Shown: positions 19,301 through 28,079 of the stretch, piece after piece
How positions within the stretch are numbered: the stretch's first letter is position 1
Layout of the letters: each line of letters begins with the position of its first letter
NCBI GenBank assembly: GCA_035389045.1
Contig: DAOORA010000005.1
Location: forward strand, 26,801-90,800
Direction of reading: 5' to 3'
Source of the DNA: Bacteroidales bacterium
Lineage (GTDB): Bacteria > Bacteroidota > Bacteroidia > Bacteroidales > CAIWKO01
DNA: 64,000 bases
Notes under the pieces: generated by a model
Seen by the model: the letters and a program-made list of their open reading frames with translations, nothing else
What the model was told of the DNA's origin: nothing
Databases searched by the model: none
Program-made: the position numbers and the translations under genes

Positions 19301-19478
19301 TATAATTATTGGCATCATGCAGGCGGTTATAAAATTCATCTCCTGTCACAAAACATTTTAATATCATGCCATCAGGCTGGGTTACCGTGACGGGATAATT
19401 GCTGATGAATGCTGCATTTGAGGTTGCTGACAAAAAAAATAAAAAAACTATTAAAAACTCTAATTTTTTGATATTCAT
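16311..19478 (-). CDS. M6-family (immune inhibitor A-like) metalloprotease domain protein with CARDB/FN3-like modules and T9SS CTD
   Basis: 1055 aa with a signal peptide and zinc motif 'HEMFHTLGAPDLY' (HExxH) within an M6-like region. Ig-like repeats follow. The CTD is 'VSPNPVRELLTI...GVYFIRISDKENIIIKKFVKQ'. Confidence 0.85.
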   Translation of the reverse strand: MNIKKLEFLIVFLFFLSATSNAAFISNYPVTVTQPDGMILKCFVTGDEFYNRLHDANNYTIVRNSQTGYYCYAVKIHNELVASAFVAGKTNPSAAGLQPGIDISAEKVLQLRKKFHDMPPRLKNSSSQNTKAAGTLNNIVIFVRFAGEAEFSDSISLYNDLFVNTPGNVSMKNYFEEASYNQLHINSVYYPSPGTLVISYQDAYTRDHYLPYDALLNPDGYTDQMYAEHNLLANAVNAVKSQIPSGLNIDFNNDGFVDNICFVISGDVSAWNTLLWPHRWTLYSQVVYINGKQVGDYNLQVRNYLLSNGVGVLCHEMFHTLGAPDLYHYSQDGLSPVDAWDLMGNDLIPPQSMGAYMKYRYGNWISSVPVISAPGNYTLYPVTNPNQNCYRINSPNSPTEYFIVEYRKKEGYYESSLPGSGLIVYRINSDFDGMGNGYYDGSSVLDEVYIYRPYGTSTVNGYVDNAYFSAGVNRRKINNNTNPSCFLSDGSFGSLNISNVTAAGSTISFDLNDGPAYPVNTGIEELLAPSSGCGLTTTEHPAVMIKNFGTNPVSSGLQVHYQVNGGVIVTEAYNGSPIPSGTSVPYTFAQHTDFSSPGNYTITAWTSIPSDGNHANDTLVIPVTNGSLAYIAGNTQNFTDVYNDLGTNGNVISTADYDDANSAPVSIGFTFHYNCMDFTQIILNTNGFIKLGNIPPSSAALFFTGAQDASGGIFNSLLPADVNIISAFNHDLMSGTAPPEYRVHTSGSAPDRICTIQFKNLRDKTTTPAQQYDNISFQIKLFETTNQIEIVYGSWQASANVSDFKTSAVGLKGPGREYGQLLVARKGSTQEWSQVIFENVNYSSTATLNFGNPPLRPAPGTGRTFLFSQEIPPDVITVPATAVTTTSAVLNGFVDANNVPTTVSFEYGINTNYGNIITATPNTLSGNTSVPVSASISGLSANTLYHFRVKATNSLGTFYGNDSVFIAQYNTTIDNPVVSSFAVSPNPVRELLTISVAGQPNNASITIYDLRGQLIYTSVLQQAVKEINTSWLASGVYFIRISDKENIIIKKFVKQ

Positions 19479-19665
19479 ATAATTATGTATTGTTTTTATA
19501 ATTAATAATAACAGAAGAAAAAGATCAACGGAAGTCAGAAGATATATTTTAAATATGCTGTAAATATACGAAATTTTTCAGGGAGAGGCAAAGCCCATTT
19601 CAGGGTGATATAACACCAATTCCGGCCTTGTCGTTCTATGAAATTATTTTTAACCCAAGCTCAGG

Positions 19666-21756
19666 TTAATAAGCGCCAAATCGTTTACGTATAAACCATT
19701 CAGCCGACAGCAGCATCACAATGATTGCGAAAACCCAGAAAAGGTTCACCAGGTCGCTGAAACGTTTTTTAACGTAGGTAACCGGTTTAACATCCTCCCG
19801 GGCTTTCAGTAAATCATGTAACTGTGACAGTTGTCCGGGGTATATCATTTTGCCATTGGTTTTTTGTGCCAATGAGTATAATAACTGGTGGTCGGCAACA
19901 AGATTAAGCGATTCAATATTCACAGGCACCACGCTGAAAACACCCGATTTCTGCAGGACTTCCTGTCCTGTTTTTACCTGAGCGCTGAAACGGTATTCAC
20001 CAAGCGGAAAAATCCCGGCATTGATATGATATGCATGGGCTGTGCGGGTAAATGTGAAGGGGAATGTTTTGTTTTCTGCATTAGTGATGCTGAGTTTTAC
20101 TTCAGGTTCATTGATCAGTTCGTAACTGTCGTTATAGACTTCTGCATCAAACTCAACAGCTTCGTTTTCATAAAACTTGTTTTTCACGTTCACCCGGAAG
20201 CGCCCTTTGTCAACTTTTACCGAAAGATACTGTATCATTTTGTTTACCAGTTCGTTAAAAGCAACCTGGTTACCTGTCTGCAGGTAATTGTTCAACCTCC
20301 ATTTCCACAGGCCTTCTCCGGCTATCAGCCCTGTTTTGGGGTCGGAGGCGGTATTGAACATCAGCAGGGGTTTCTGTGTCTGAACACTTCCAATTTTCTG
20401 ATACATAAGCACATTGAGCGAGTTGCCGGCAGCATATTCACCAAAAGGAACCATCAAAGCCGGAAAACCGGCGCTGATTTTTTTTAATTCGTCAGAAACG
20501 GTGAACAGCGCGAAATCGTTGGCAATTGTTGGTGTGGTTTCGTCATATTTTCCCGCCGCCTGTTTAATATTCAATCCTGTTTTCAGAGCATTCACGGCCG
20601 GAATATCAGATGAGGAGCCAATGATATACAGAACAGGAATTTTGTTGTCGTTGATATTTTGCAATAATGCCTGGTTATTCCTGCCTTTGAAAGGTATCTG
20701 GTGCAGGATGGCGAGGTTGTAATCCCTGACCGGTTTATTGAAATCGCCGGCAACGAATTCATCAACCTGGTATATTTTACTGGTTTCTATACTTTGCTTT
20801 AATGCTGACACATCGGGATGAGGCGCTCCGGCAAGCAGTAATATCTTTTCCCTTCCGTCAAGCACTTCCACAAAAACATCCTGCGAGTTATTTATCAGGC
20901 TGATCTCTCCGTCAAGAGCAGAGATGCTTACCCTGTAATGCTGCATTCCCGGTTGTTTTGACTCCATCTGCATCTGCACGGTTTCAATATACCTCGGGCT
21001 GTTTATATCAACGGTCCTCGTAAACAGCGTTTCTTTTCCTTTGGAGACGGTAAGTGTGGCCTTCTGCCCGTTGCATTTATCAGCAGTAACAACTATTTCG
21101 ATGGGGAACATATTCCCCAGATAGCTTATCCGGTTATAATTTACACGTGAAATGATGAGATCTTTCTGGATATTGGTATCACCCAGTGCTATGGTATAAA
21201 CAGGATATTTTAACTTTCCCGACAGGTATAAGGGGCTGGTGCCTTTATTGTACAGACCGTCGGAGGCAAGTATCAGTGCGCCGACATTGCGGTTGGCATA
21301 GCGTGCCTGCAGTTCATCGATTAGCAGCGAAAAATCCGTTTGTTTTTCAGTATAACTGAACTGGTCTCCTTCGGTGACCTTTTCACCGAAAGTAAAGGTC
21401 TTTACGTCGTAGTCATTGTCAAGTTCCCTGATAAGTTTCCTGAGTTCTTCAGTATAGGAGGTGCGGATACTGGCCGAATCCTTACAGAATAAAGGCGATT
21501 GGGAATTATCCTGGGCCACCAGTATCAACGGTTTTTCGGAGGTTCTTGAACGTGTCATGACCAATGGGGAAAGCAGTAAAAAAGATATCAGGAACACTGC
21601 CAGGGTTCGCAATACAAAAAGTATCCTGATGATATTTTTCCGGAAATCGTGGCGTTTTTCGCGGAAATAGAGCAGCATGGCATATCCGGTTCCCAGCATC
21701 AGGCATGGGATGGCAAGCCATAAAGAATATTCGGTGGTAATGTTAAAGAATGACAA
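19666..21756 (-). CDS. Membrane protein with N-terminal double-TM anchor (BatA-N-like), vWA/GATase-like body and C-terminal TM helix
   Basis: 696-aa ORF. The only in-frame start at the 5' end is TTG (21754-21756), and an in-frame TAA lies 14 codons upstream. The N-terminus 'LWLAIPCLMLGTGYAMLLYFREKRHDF...LAVFLISFLLLSPLV' is a double-TM pattern. The C-terminal TM is 'LFWVFAIIVMLLSAEWFIRKRFG'. Confidence 0.6.
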   Translation of the reverse strand: MSFFNITTEYSLWLAIPCLMLGTGYAMLLYFREKRHDFRKNIIRILFVLRTLAVFLISFLLLSPLVMTRSRTSEKPLILVAQDNSQSPLFCKDSASIRTSYTEELRKLIRELDNDYDVKTFTFGEKVTEGDQFSYTEKQTDFSLLIDELQARYANRNVGALILASDGLYNKGTSPLYLSGKLKYPVYTIALGDTNIQKDLIISRVNYNRISYLGNMFPIEIVVTADKCNGQKATLTVSKGKETLFTRTVDINSPRYIETVQMQMESKQPGMQHYRVSISALDGEISLINNSQDVFVEVLDGREKILLLAGAPHPDVSALKQSIETSKIYQVDEFVAGDFNKPVRDYNLAILHQIPFKGRNNQALLQNINDNKIPVLYIIGSSSDIPAVNALKTGLNIKQAAGKYDETTPTIANDFALFTVSDELKKISAGFPALMVPFGEYAAGNSLNVLMYQKIGSVQTQKPLLMFNTASDPKTGLIAGEGLWKWRLNNYLQTGNQVAFNELVNKMIQYLSVKVDKGRFRVNVKNKFYENEAVEFDAEVYNDSYELINEPEVKLSITNAENKTFPFTFTRTAHAYHINAGIFPLGEYRFSAQVKTGQEVLQKSGVFSVVPVNIESLNLVADHQLLYSLAQKTNGKMIYPGQLSQLHDLLKAREDVKPVTYVKKRFSDLVNLFWVFAIIVMLLSAEWFIRKRFGAY

Positions 21757-21794
21757 GTGGACTTTTTTTCCGCAAAGATAACGATAAAAAATAA

Positions 21795-21836
21795 TTTACG
21801 AATGTACGAATAGAGGTACGAATGGTGGTACGAATG
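21795..21836. repeat. Four closely spaced copies of TACGAAT(G)
   Basis: The copies are at 21797, 21805, 21817 and 21829, in TTTACGAATGTACGAATAGAGGTACGAATGGTGGTACGAATG. A related TTTACGAATGTA occurs at 25459-25470. Confidence 0.9.
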
Positions 21837-21947
21837 TGCACATGTGATTATTAATACAATTTCACATCAGGCTTTGCAAACACGGTTTATAAGCCCCTGA
21901 TTCCCAATATCCATTATACTTGTTGAAGCGATAAAAAAAACTGCAAA

Positions 21948-23891
21948 TCAGTTGCTTATTACTCTGAATTCCGTTCTCCGGTTGACAGCCCTGCCCTCTT
22001 CGGAATCGTTGGGTTCGATGGGTTGTGTAAGGCCGTATCCTTTGTATGAAAGACGGTTTTTATCTATTCCTTTATTTACGAGATATTCATAAACCGACCT
22101 GGCACGGTTTTCCGAAAGTTTCTGGTTATAATCAGCAGTACCTTTGTTGTCGGTATGTCCGCCGATTTCAATCTTCATGGTTTTGTTCTGATTTAAAAGG
22201 TCAACCAATCTGTTTAACTCAACCTGGGATTCAGGTTTCAGGTCAAATTTGTCAAAATCGAAAAAGATATTTCTCAAAACCACAACACTCCCAGTTTCAA
22301 CAGCTTGCATATATACATCTTTTAGAAAAGGTTTAAGTTGGGAATGGGCACCTTTCAGTTCAAAATTTTCTGAATAGAACAAATATCCTTTTTTTGAAAC
22401 ATTCAGTGCGTAATTACGGTCGGTGGGCAGACTGACGAGAAATTCTCCGGTTTGCTGATCTGAAAATGACTGCGCGACCACCTGGGAGGTGGTGAGATCT
22501 ATGAGTTCAAATTTGGCCTCAAGCCTTTTTTTTGTTTTGGCGTCGTACACGGTGCCTTTCATATAGTTCACCGCTGTGGGGCGGGCTTCTTCATAGAGAT
22601 CGAAAGAATAGATGTCCATGCCTCCCTGCCCTCCGAACTGATCAGACGAGAAGTATGCTTTATTACCCTGAGCGTTAACAATCAGATAACCTTCATCGTT
22701 AAATGTGTTGATCGGGTATCCAAGATTTTTTGGCGTAGACCACTGGCCATCATCTTTGAGCTTTGAATAGAAAATATCCATTCCGCCCATGCCCGGATGT
22801 CCGGTAGAGGTAAAATAGAGTGTTTTACCATCGGTGTGAATGAAGGGTGACATCTCCGAAAGTTCAGTATTGATGGAATCTCCAAGGTTTACCGGTGATG
22901 ACCAGCTTCCGTTTTCGGCCTTAGTTGTTTTCCAGATATCCATATTACCTTTGCCGCCTTCGCGGGCGCTGGCAAAATACAGGGTATTCCCGTCGGGTGA
23001 AATGCTGGGCTGCGAATCCCATGACCCAGAGTTTACCCTGACGCCCATATTTACCGGCGTGCTCCATCCGTTTCCCTGGCGCTGCGACACATAGAGGTCG
23101 CAACTGCCCATACCGTCCGAACGGTTACAGATGGTGAAATACAATGTTTTCCCGTCGGGCGCTATACTTTGCGCTCCTTCGTTTCCGTGCGAATTAAGCG
23201 GAGCCCCGAGTTTGCGCACCCTGCCCCAGAGACTGTCGGGACGTTTGACACTCATGTAAAAATCTTCTTCTTTGGGAAATGAATGAATGGTATATTCATC
23301 ACGGGGCCTGAGCACTGTGATGACCAGCGTCTGTTCATCCACGGTCAGCGAGGGTGAATATTCGTTATTTGAAGTGTTTATGCTGTCGCCCAGATTCACA
23401 GGTTTGAAAGGAACCGGATTTTTTACGGCATGGACAGCAAAACGGCAACTTTTTAAAAGGAACTTTGCACGCTTAACCGTCTTGGGAGCCTGGTCGCTAT
23501 ATGTCAGATATTTTTCCAGATGCTGCCCGGCTTCTTCATATTTACCGATGGAGAACTCTCCGGAACCTATATTAAAATAAACTCCTTCAAAATACTCCGG
23601 ATCGATTTCGATGACATTATTATAAAAATGTATGGCTTTTTCTGTGAGCTTCTGTTCTTCGTAAATATTGCCAAGCAGCATGTGTGCTTCGATAAACTGG
23701 TCATCCTCTTTCAGCGCTTTCAGCAGGTTCGATTCGCAGTTCATATAATCCTTGGTCTGAAAGTATTCCAGGGCTTTATCAAAAAGTTTTATGGCTTTCT
23801 GGTTTTTTGTGGAATAATTGAACTGGGCATACGAAAACGGCAGGATAAAAAGCAGGAAAAGAAAAATCAGTATTGTTTTTTTTATAAGCAT
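21948..23891 (-). CDS. OmpA-family protein with TPR and TolB-like (PD40) beta-propeller repeats
   Basis: The C-terminal OmpA peptidoglycan-binding motif is 'GHTDNKGTADYNQKLSENRARSV...NRRTEFRVI'. It has repeated 'SP(S/F)IS(P)DGKTLYF' PD40 units and N-terminal TPRs. The longest ORF (to 23927) starts with TTG. The ATG at 23889-23891 gives the signal peptide 'MLIKKTILIFLFLLFILPFSYAQ'. Confidence 0.85.
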   Translation of the reverse strand: MLIKKTILIFLFLLFILPFSYAQFNYSTKNQKAIKLFDKALEYFQTKDYMNCESNLLKALKEDDQFIEAHMLLGNIYEEQKLTEKAIHFYNNVIEIDPEYFEGVYFNIGSGEFSIGKYEEAGQHLEKYLTYSDQAPKTVKRAKFLLKSCRFAVHAVKNPVPFKPVNLGDSINTSNNEYSPSLTVDEQTLVITVLRPRDEYTIHSFPKEEDFYMSVKRPDSLWGRVRKLGAPLNSHGNEGAQSIAPDGKTLYFTICNRSDGMGSCDLYVSQRQGNGWSTPVNMGVRVNSGSWDSQPSISPDGNTLYFASAREGGKGNMDIWKTTKAENGSWSSPVNLGDSINTELSEMSPFIHTDGKTLYFTSTGHPGMGGMDIFYSKLKDDGQWSTPKNLGYPINTFNDEGYLIVNAQGNKAYFSSDQFGGQGGMDIYSFDLYEEARPTAVNYMKGTVYDAKTKKRLEAKFELIDLTTSQVVAQSFSDQQTGEFLVSLPTDRNYALNVSKKGYLFYSENFELKGAHSQLKPFLKDVYMQAVETGSVVVLRNIFFDFDKFDLKPESQVELNRLVDLLNQNKTMKIEIGGHTDNKGTADYNQKLSENRARSVYEYLVNKGIDKNRLSYKGYGLTQPIEPNDSEEGRAVNRRTEFRVISN

Positions 23892-24206
23892 GGCTGGATG
23901 TAGTTTATTATATATATAACCGGACAAATTTAAGTTTATTTTGCAAATACCGGTCCGGGAAACTGAAAGTGGTGCAAAAAAGAGCCAGTAATAGAACTAA
24001 TTCCTGTAGTGTTGAAAGAAATGCCGAATGTATGTTTTACCTACCACAAAAACGTTAAATACCTTTTATCCAATAAATTATATATTTGGGGGGACATAAA
24101 TAAACTTGATACGGCCCAAACATTTATAAAATAAATTTATTCTGAGACTCCGAATATATAATGAAATAGCAGTACCTATCAGCATAGAAAGCATACCAAA
24201 AAGCCG

Positions 24207-24303
24207 GTGCGGAGATTAATAGCCTTAAACTGGGCAAATTTTGCGGAGAAAGTTTTTTTGCGGAGAAAAAGTAGTATATTTGTCGTATAAATTGCGGAGA
24301 AAA
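24207..24303 (+). promoter_or_regulatory. Array of four TGCGGAGA boxes (three as TTGCGGAGAAA) phased 34/17/34 nt, upstream of fic
   Basis: The boxes start at 24208, 24242, 24259 and 24293. The last one abuts the fic ATG (24305). An exact TAnnTTTG -7 box lies between boxes 3 and 4. Confidence 0.5.
24275..24282 (+). promoter_or_regulatory. Bacteroidota-type -7 promoter box TATATTTG (TAnnTTTG) for fic
   Basis: This is an exact match to the TAnnTTTG consensus, ending 23 nt before the ATG. A T-rich TTTG lies about 15 nt upstream. Confidence 0.45.
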
Positions 24304-24304
24304 A

Positions 24305-25420
24305 ATGTATTTACACGAAAAAGAAAACTGGACAAACTTCACCTGGGACAATAAGAAAGTAATGATAAAACTGGGCGAAGCGAGAAATCAACAGGGCCGG
24401 CTCATGGGGAAAATGGAATCGCTGGGCTTTGATTTGCAAAATGACGCAGTACTGAACACTCTTACATTAGATGTTATCAAATCATCTGAAATTGAAGGCG
24501 AGTTTCTGGAGATGGAACAAGTACGTTCTTCGATTGCCCGGCGTCTGGGTATTGACATTGCTGGTGCCATAGCTTCGGAACGTCATGTTGAAGGTGTCGT
24601 TGAAATGATGCTTGACGCTACTCAACGAAATGACTTGCCTTTGACAAAAGACAGATTATTTGGTTGGCATGCAGCGTTGTTTCCGACAGGCTGGAGTAAT
24701 CTTTATAAAACCACAGTCGCAAATTGGAGAAAAGACACCACCGGCCCTATGCAGGTTGTATCAGGACCGATGGGGAAAGAAAAAGTTCACTACCAGGCGC
24801 CAGACTCAGACAGAATAGAACCTGAAATGGAAAAATTTCTGGAATGGTTTGAAAATGAACATGGATTGGATTTGGTGCTTGAAGCAGCCATTGCTCATTT
24901 ATGGTTTGTTACCATTCATCCATTCGATGATGGAAACGGAAGAATATGCAGGGCAATTACCGATATGATGCTGTCACGTTCAGACAAAAGTATCAAACGG
25001 TTCTACAGCATGTCTGCTCAGATCCGGGTTGAAAGGAATCAGTATTATGAAAAACTTGAAAAAGCCCAAAGAGGCAGTTCCGACATTACGGAATGGATTT
25101 TATGGTTTTTGCAATGCTTTATAAATGCTATTGCTGTTACAGGAGTAACGTTATCAAAAATACTTCATAAAGCAGAATTTTGGAAATCACATGCCACTAC
25201 AATTCTTAATGACAGACAGCAAAAAGTAATCAACAGGCTTCTTGATGGCTTTGACGGAAAGTTGACAACTTCTAAATGGGGAAAGATCAATAAATGCTCA
25301 CAAGACACAGCTCTCAGGGATATACAGGATTTGATAAAGAAGAATATCTTACAAAAAGAAGCAAGTGGCGGACGAAGCACAAATTATGGATTAAAAGAAC
25401 AGCAAGGCGGTAACACATAG
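24305..25420 (+). CDS. Fic family protein (AMPylase/adenylyltransferase-type, DUF4172-like N-terminus)
   Basis: 371 aa with the canonical Fic motif 'HPFDDGNGRICRAITD' (HPFx[D/E]GNGR) and a C-terminal winged-helix-like tail. Confidence 0.9.
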   Translation: MYLHEKENWTNFTWDNKKVMIKLGEARNQQGRLMGKMESLGFDLQNDAVLNTLTLDVIKSSEIEGEFLEMEQVRSSIARRLGIDIAGAIASERHVEGVVEMMLDATQRNDLPLTKDRLFGWHAALFPTGWSNLYKTTVANWRKDTTGPMQVVSGPMGKEKVHYQAPDSDRIEPEMEKFLEWFENEHGLDLVLEAAIAHLWFVTIHPFDDGNGRICRAITDMMLSRSDKSIKRFYSMSAQIRVERNQYYEKLEKAQRGSSDITEWILWFLQCFINAIAVTGVTLSKILHKAEFWKSHATTILNDRQQKVINRLLDGFDGKLTTSKWGKINKCSQDTALRDIQDLIKKNILQKEASGGRSTNYGLKEQQGGNT

Positions 25421-25496
25421 AAATAGAGGAACCTAAGTAAACCATAAGTAAGCCAAAAATTTACGAATGTATTTATGAATAAATCAGAGAGATAAA

Positions 25497-26480
25497 ATGG
25501 AAAATAATCAATCGTCATTTATTTTATTCAAAACCGAAGACGAGAAAATCTCGGTAGATGTTCGTTTTGAAGAAGACACGGTCTGGCTTTCGCAGGAGCA
25601 GATGGCTACTTTGTTTGAACGCGACAGGAGTGTAATATTAAAGCATATTGCTAATATATTTACAGAAGGAGAACTGGAAGAAAAAAGCAATGTGCAATTT
25701 TTGCACATTGCAAATTCTGATAAACCGGTAAAATTTTTCAACCTGAATGTTATTATTTCAGTTGGTTACAGGGTAAAATCTCAAAGGGGAACTCAGTTTC
25801 GCATCTGGGCAACCAAACGCCTTAATGAATATATACGCAAAGGGTTTACCATGGACGATGAGCGCCTGAAAAATCTGGGTGGTGGCGGCTATTGGAAAGA
25901 ATTACTGCAGCGCATACGCGATATTCGTGCTTCCGAAAAAGTATTTTACCGGCAGGTGCTTGATATTTACGCAACCAGCATCGATTACGACCCCAAAGCA
26001 GAAGTTTCAATTGAGTTCTTCAAAAAAGTGCAAAATAAAATCCATTTTGCCGTACACGGACAAACAGCTGCCGAAGTTATTTTCAACCGTGCTGATGCCG
26101 AAAAAGAATTTATGGGACTGATGACTTTTCCAGGCAGTCGGCCCTACCTGAAAGACGTTGTGGTTGCAAAAAATTATTTAAACGAAAAGGAACTTCGTTC
26201 GCTTGGGCAAATAGTTTCGGGATATTTGGATTTTGCAGAACGTCAGGCTGAGCGGGAACAAGCAATGACAATGAAAGACTGGGCAAAACATTTGGATAAT
26301 ATTTTAACCATGAGTGGAGAACACCTATTGCAGGGCGCTGGCGCTGTCAGTCACGAAATTGCTGTTGAAAAGGCTACCAAAGAATACCAAAAGTATCAGC
26401 AAAAAACATTGAGCGAAGCTGAAAAAAATTATTTGGAAAGTTTGAAAGTTTTAGAAAACAAAACAAGAAAGGATAAATAA
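25497..26480 (+). CDS. RhuM family (virulence-associated) protein
   Basis: 327 aa. 'ISVDVRFEEDTVWLSQEQMATLFERDRSVILKHIANIFTEGEL...VIISVGYRVKSQRGTQFRIWATKRLNEYIRKGF' matches the conserved RhuM N-terminal region. Confidence 0.8.
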   Translation: MENNQSSFILFKTEDEKISVDVRFEEDTVWLSQEQMATLFERDRSVILKHIANIFTEGELEEKSNVQFLHIANSDKPVKFFNLNVIISVGYRVKSQRGTQFRIWATKRLNEYIRKGFTMDDERLKNLGGGGYWKELLQRIRDIRASEKVFYRQVLDIYATSIDYDPKAEVSIEFFKKVQNKIHFAVHGQTAAEVIFNRADAEKEFMGLMTFPGSRPYLKDVVVAKNYLNEKELRSLGQIVSGYLDFAERQAEREQAMTMKDWAKHLDNILTMSGEHLLQGAGAVSHEIAVEKATKEYQKYQQKTLSEAEKNYLESLKVLENKTRKDK

Positions 26481-26495
26481 AAACCTCTTGTTGTC

Positions 26496-27122
26496 CTAAG
26501 GTATCCTCATAAATTTATGCGATTGCAGTGATACGCCCCATTCAGGATGCTGAAGTATGTAGTTAACAATATGCGGGATCAAGGTTTTATAACGGCTCCA
26601 TTCGGGTTGCAGCAGCAGGCGGCAGCCCGGCAACACAAAACGGGCGTTGGCTTCGGCCCAGTCGAAATCGCTTTCATCGTATACGATAACCTTCAGCTCA
26701 TCGGCCCGCTGAAACATTTCAGCCTGCGGCGGGGCATTGCGTTTGGGTGAGAGGCATATCCAGTCCCACTGCCCGCTGAGTTTTTCGCTGCCCGAAGTCT
26801 CGAGATATGTTTTTATTCCATGCTCTTTGAGCTTAGCACACAAATAATCCAGATTGTAAAGCAGCGGCTCCCCTCCTGTTACCACAACAGCCTGCGCAGG
26901 GCATTGCACCGCATGTGCCACAATTTCGTCAGTCGGTGTTAGGGGGTGATAACCGGCTATCCACGATTCTTTGCTATCGCACCAGCGGCAGCCGACATCA
27001 CACCCGCCAATGCGTATAAACCACGCAGCTTTGCCGGCATGTGTACCTTCACCCTGCAAGCTGTAAAACTCTTCCATCAGCGGGAGGAGCTTCCCTTCGT
27101 TCAAAAGTTGACTGGAATCCAA
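26496..27122 (-). CDS. queE: 7-carboxy-7-deazaguanine synthase (radical SAM, queuosine biosynthesis)
   Basis: 'EEFYSLQGEGTHAGKAAWFIRIGGCDVGCRWCDSKESW' is the QueE signature with its CxxxCxxC cluster. The longest ORF starts at TTG (27120-27122), 1 nt after the folD stop. An alternative ATG lies at 27075-27077. Confidence 0.85.
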   Translation of the reverse strand: MDSSQLLNEGKLLPLMEEFYSLQGEGTHAGKAAWFIRIGGCDVGCRWCDSKESWIAGYHPLTPTDEIVAHAVQCPAQAVVVTGGEPLLYNLDYLCAKLKEHGIKTYLETSGSEKLSGQWDWICLSPKRNAPPQAEMFQRADELKVIVYDESDFDWAEANARFVLPGCRLLLQPEWSRYKTLIPHIVNYILQHPEWGVSLQSHKFMRIP

Positions 27123-27123
27123 T

Positions 27124-28005
27124 TTATTTATAGTATTCTTTTTTAGCCGCTTTCAAAGTGTTCATCAGCAGCCCAATAATGGTCATCGGCCCCACGCCTC
27201 CCGGTACCGGAGTGATGTAAGCGCATTTCTTAGCCACTTCATCGAATTTTACGTCACCTTTAAGGCGGAATCCCGACTTTGTACTTTCATCAGGGATCCT
27301 GTGTATCCCCACATCAATGACCGCGGCGTCTTTTTTTACCATGCCGGCGGTCACAAATTCCATCTTACCGATAGCAGCAACCAGAATATCAGCCTGGGCG
27401 CATATTTCAGCTAACTGCCGGGTTTTGCTGTGGCACAGGGTTACCGTACAATTGGCCGATTTATTGTTTCTGGATAGAAGAATACTCATGGGCGTCCCTA
27501 CAATATGGCTGCGGCCAATCACCACGCAGTTTTTTCCTTCGGTCTCAATCTTGTAACGTTCCATCAACAGCATGATGCCGTATGGCGTGGCCGGCAGATA
27601 AGAAGGTAGCCCGAGCATCATCCTGCCTGCATTCACCGGGTGAAAACCATCAATGTCTTTTTTAGGGTCGATGGCTTCGATGATCTTTTGTTCGTTGATA
27701 TGTTTTGGCAGAGGCAGTTGTACAATAAATCCGTCGACTTCATCATCTTTATTCAAAAAATCCACCATGCTGAGCAGGTCCGCATCCGAACAGTCTTCAG
27801 GGTATTTATATACAGAAGAGATAAAACCCACTTCTTTGCAGGCACGTTCTTTTGAAGCGACATATGTCTGACTTGCCGGGTCTTCTCCGACCAAAACGGC
27901 TGCAAGGTGCGGCGCACGACCTGTTTCAGCTAACATTTTGCGGACTTCATTGGAGATTTCTGTTTTGATCTCATCGGAGATCTTTTTTCCATCGAGTAGA
28001 ACCAT
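27124..28005 (-). CDS. folD: Bifunctional 5,10-methylene-tetrahydrofolate dehydrogenase / cyclohydrolase
   Basis: 293 aa. 'LAAVLVGEDPASQTYV', 'GFIVQLPLPKHI', 'VVIGRSHIVGTPM' and 'ITPVPGGVGPMTI' are FolD hallmarks. Confidence 0.95.
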   Translation of the reverse strand: MVLLDGKKISDEIKTEISNEVRKMLAETGRAPHLAAVLVGEDPASQTYVASKERACKEVGFISSVYKYPEDCSDADLLSMVDFLNKDDEVDGFIVQLPLPKHINEQKIIEAIDPKKDIDGFHPVNAGRMMLGLPSYLPATPYGIMLLMERYKIETEGKNCVVIGRSHIVGTPMSILLSRNNKSANCTVTLCHSKTRQLAEICAQADILVAAIGKMEFVTAGMVKKDAAVIDVGIHRIPDESTKSGFRLKGDVKFDEVAKKCAYITPVPGGVGPMTIIGLLMNTLKAAKKEYYK

Positions 28006-28079
28006 TATCTATAAATTTAGATTATGCAAAAGTAAATAATCTGCAAGATTCGGAAAGAATTTTTTACCGTCTTCTGTAA

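Noticed and set aside
24124-24351. 75-aa minus-strand ORF overlapping the fic promoter and start
   Set aside because: It overlaps the fic start and the TGCGGAGA box array, has low-complexity composition, and has no independent support.
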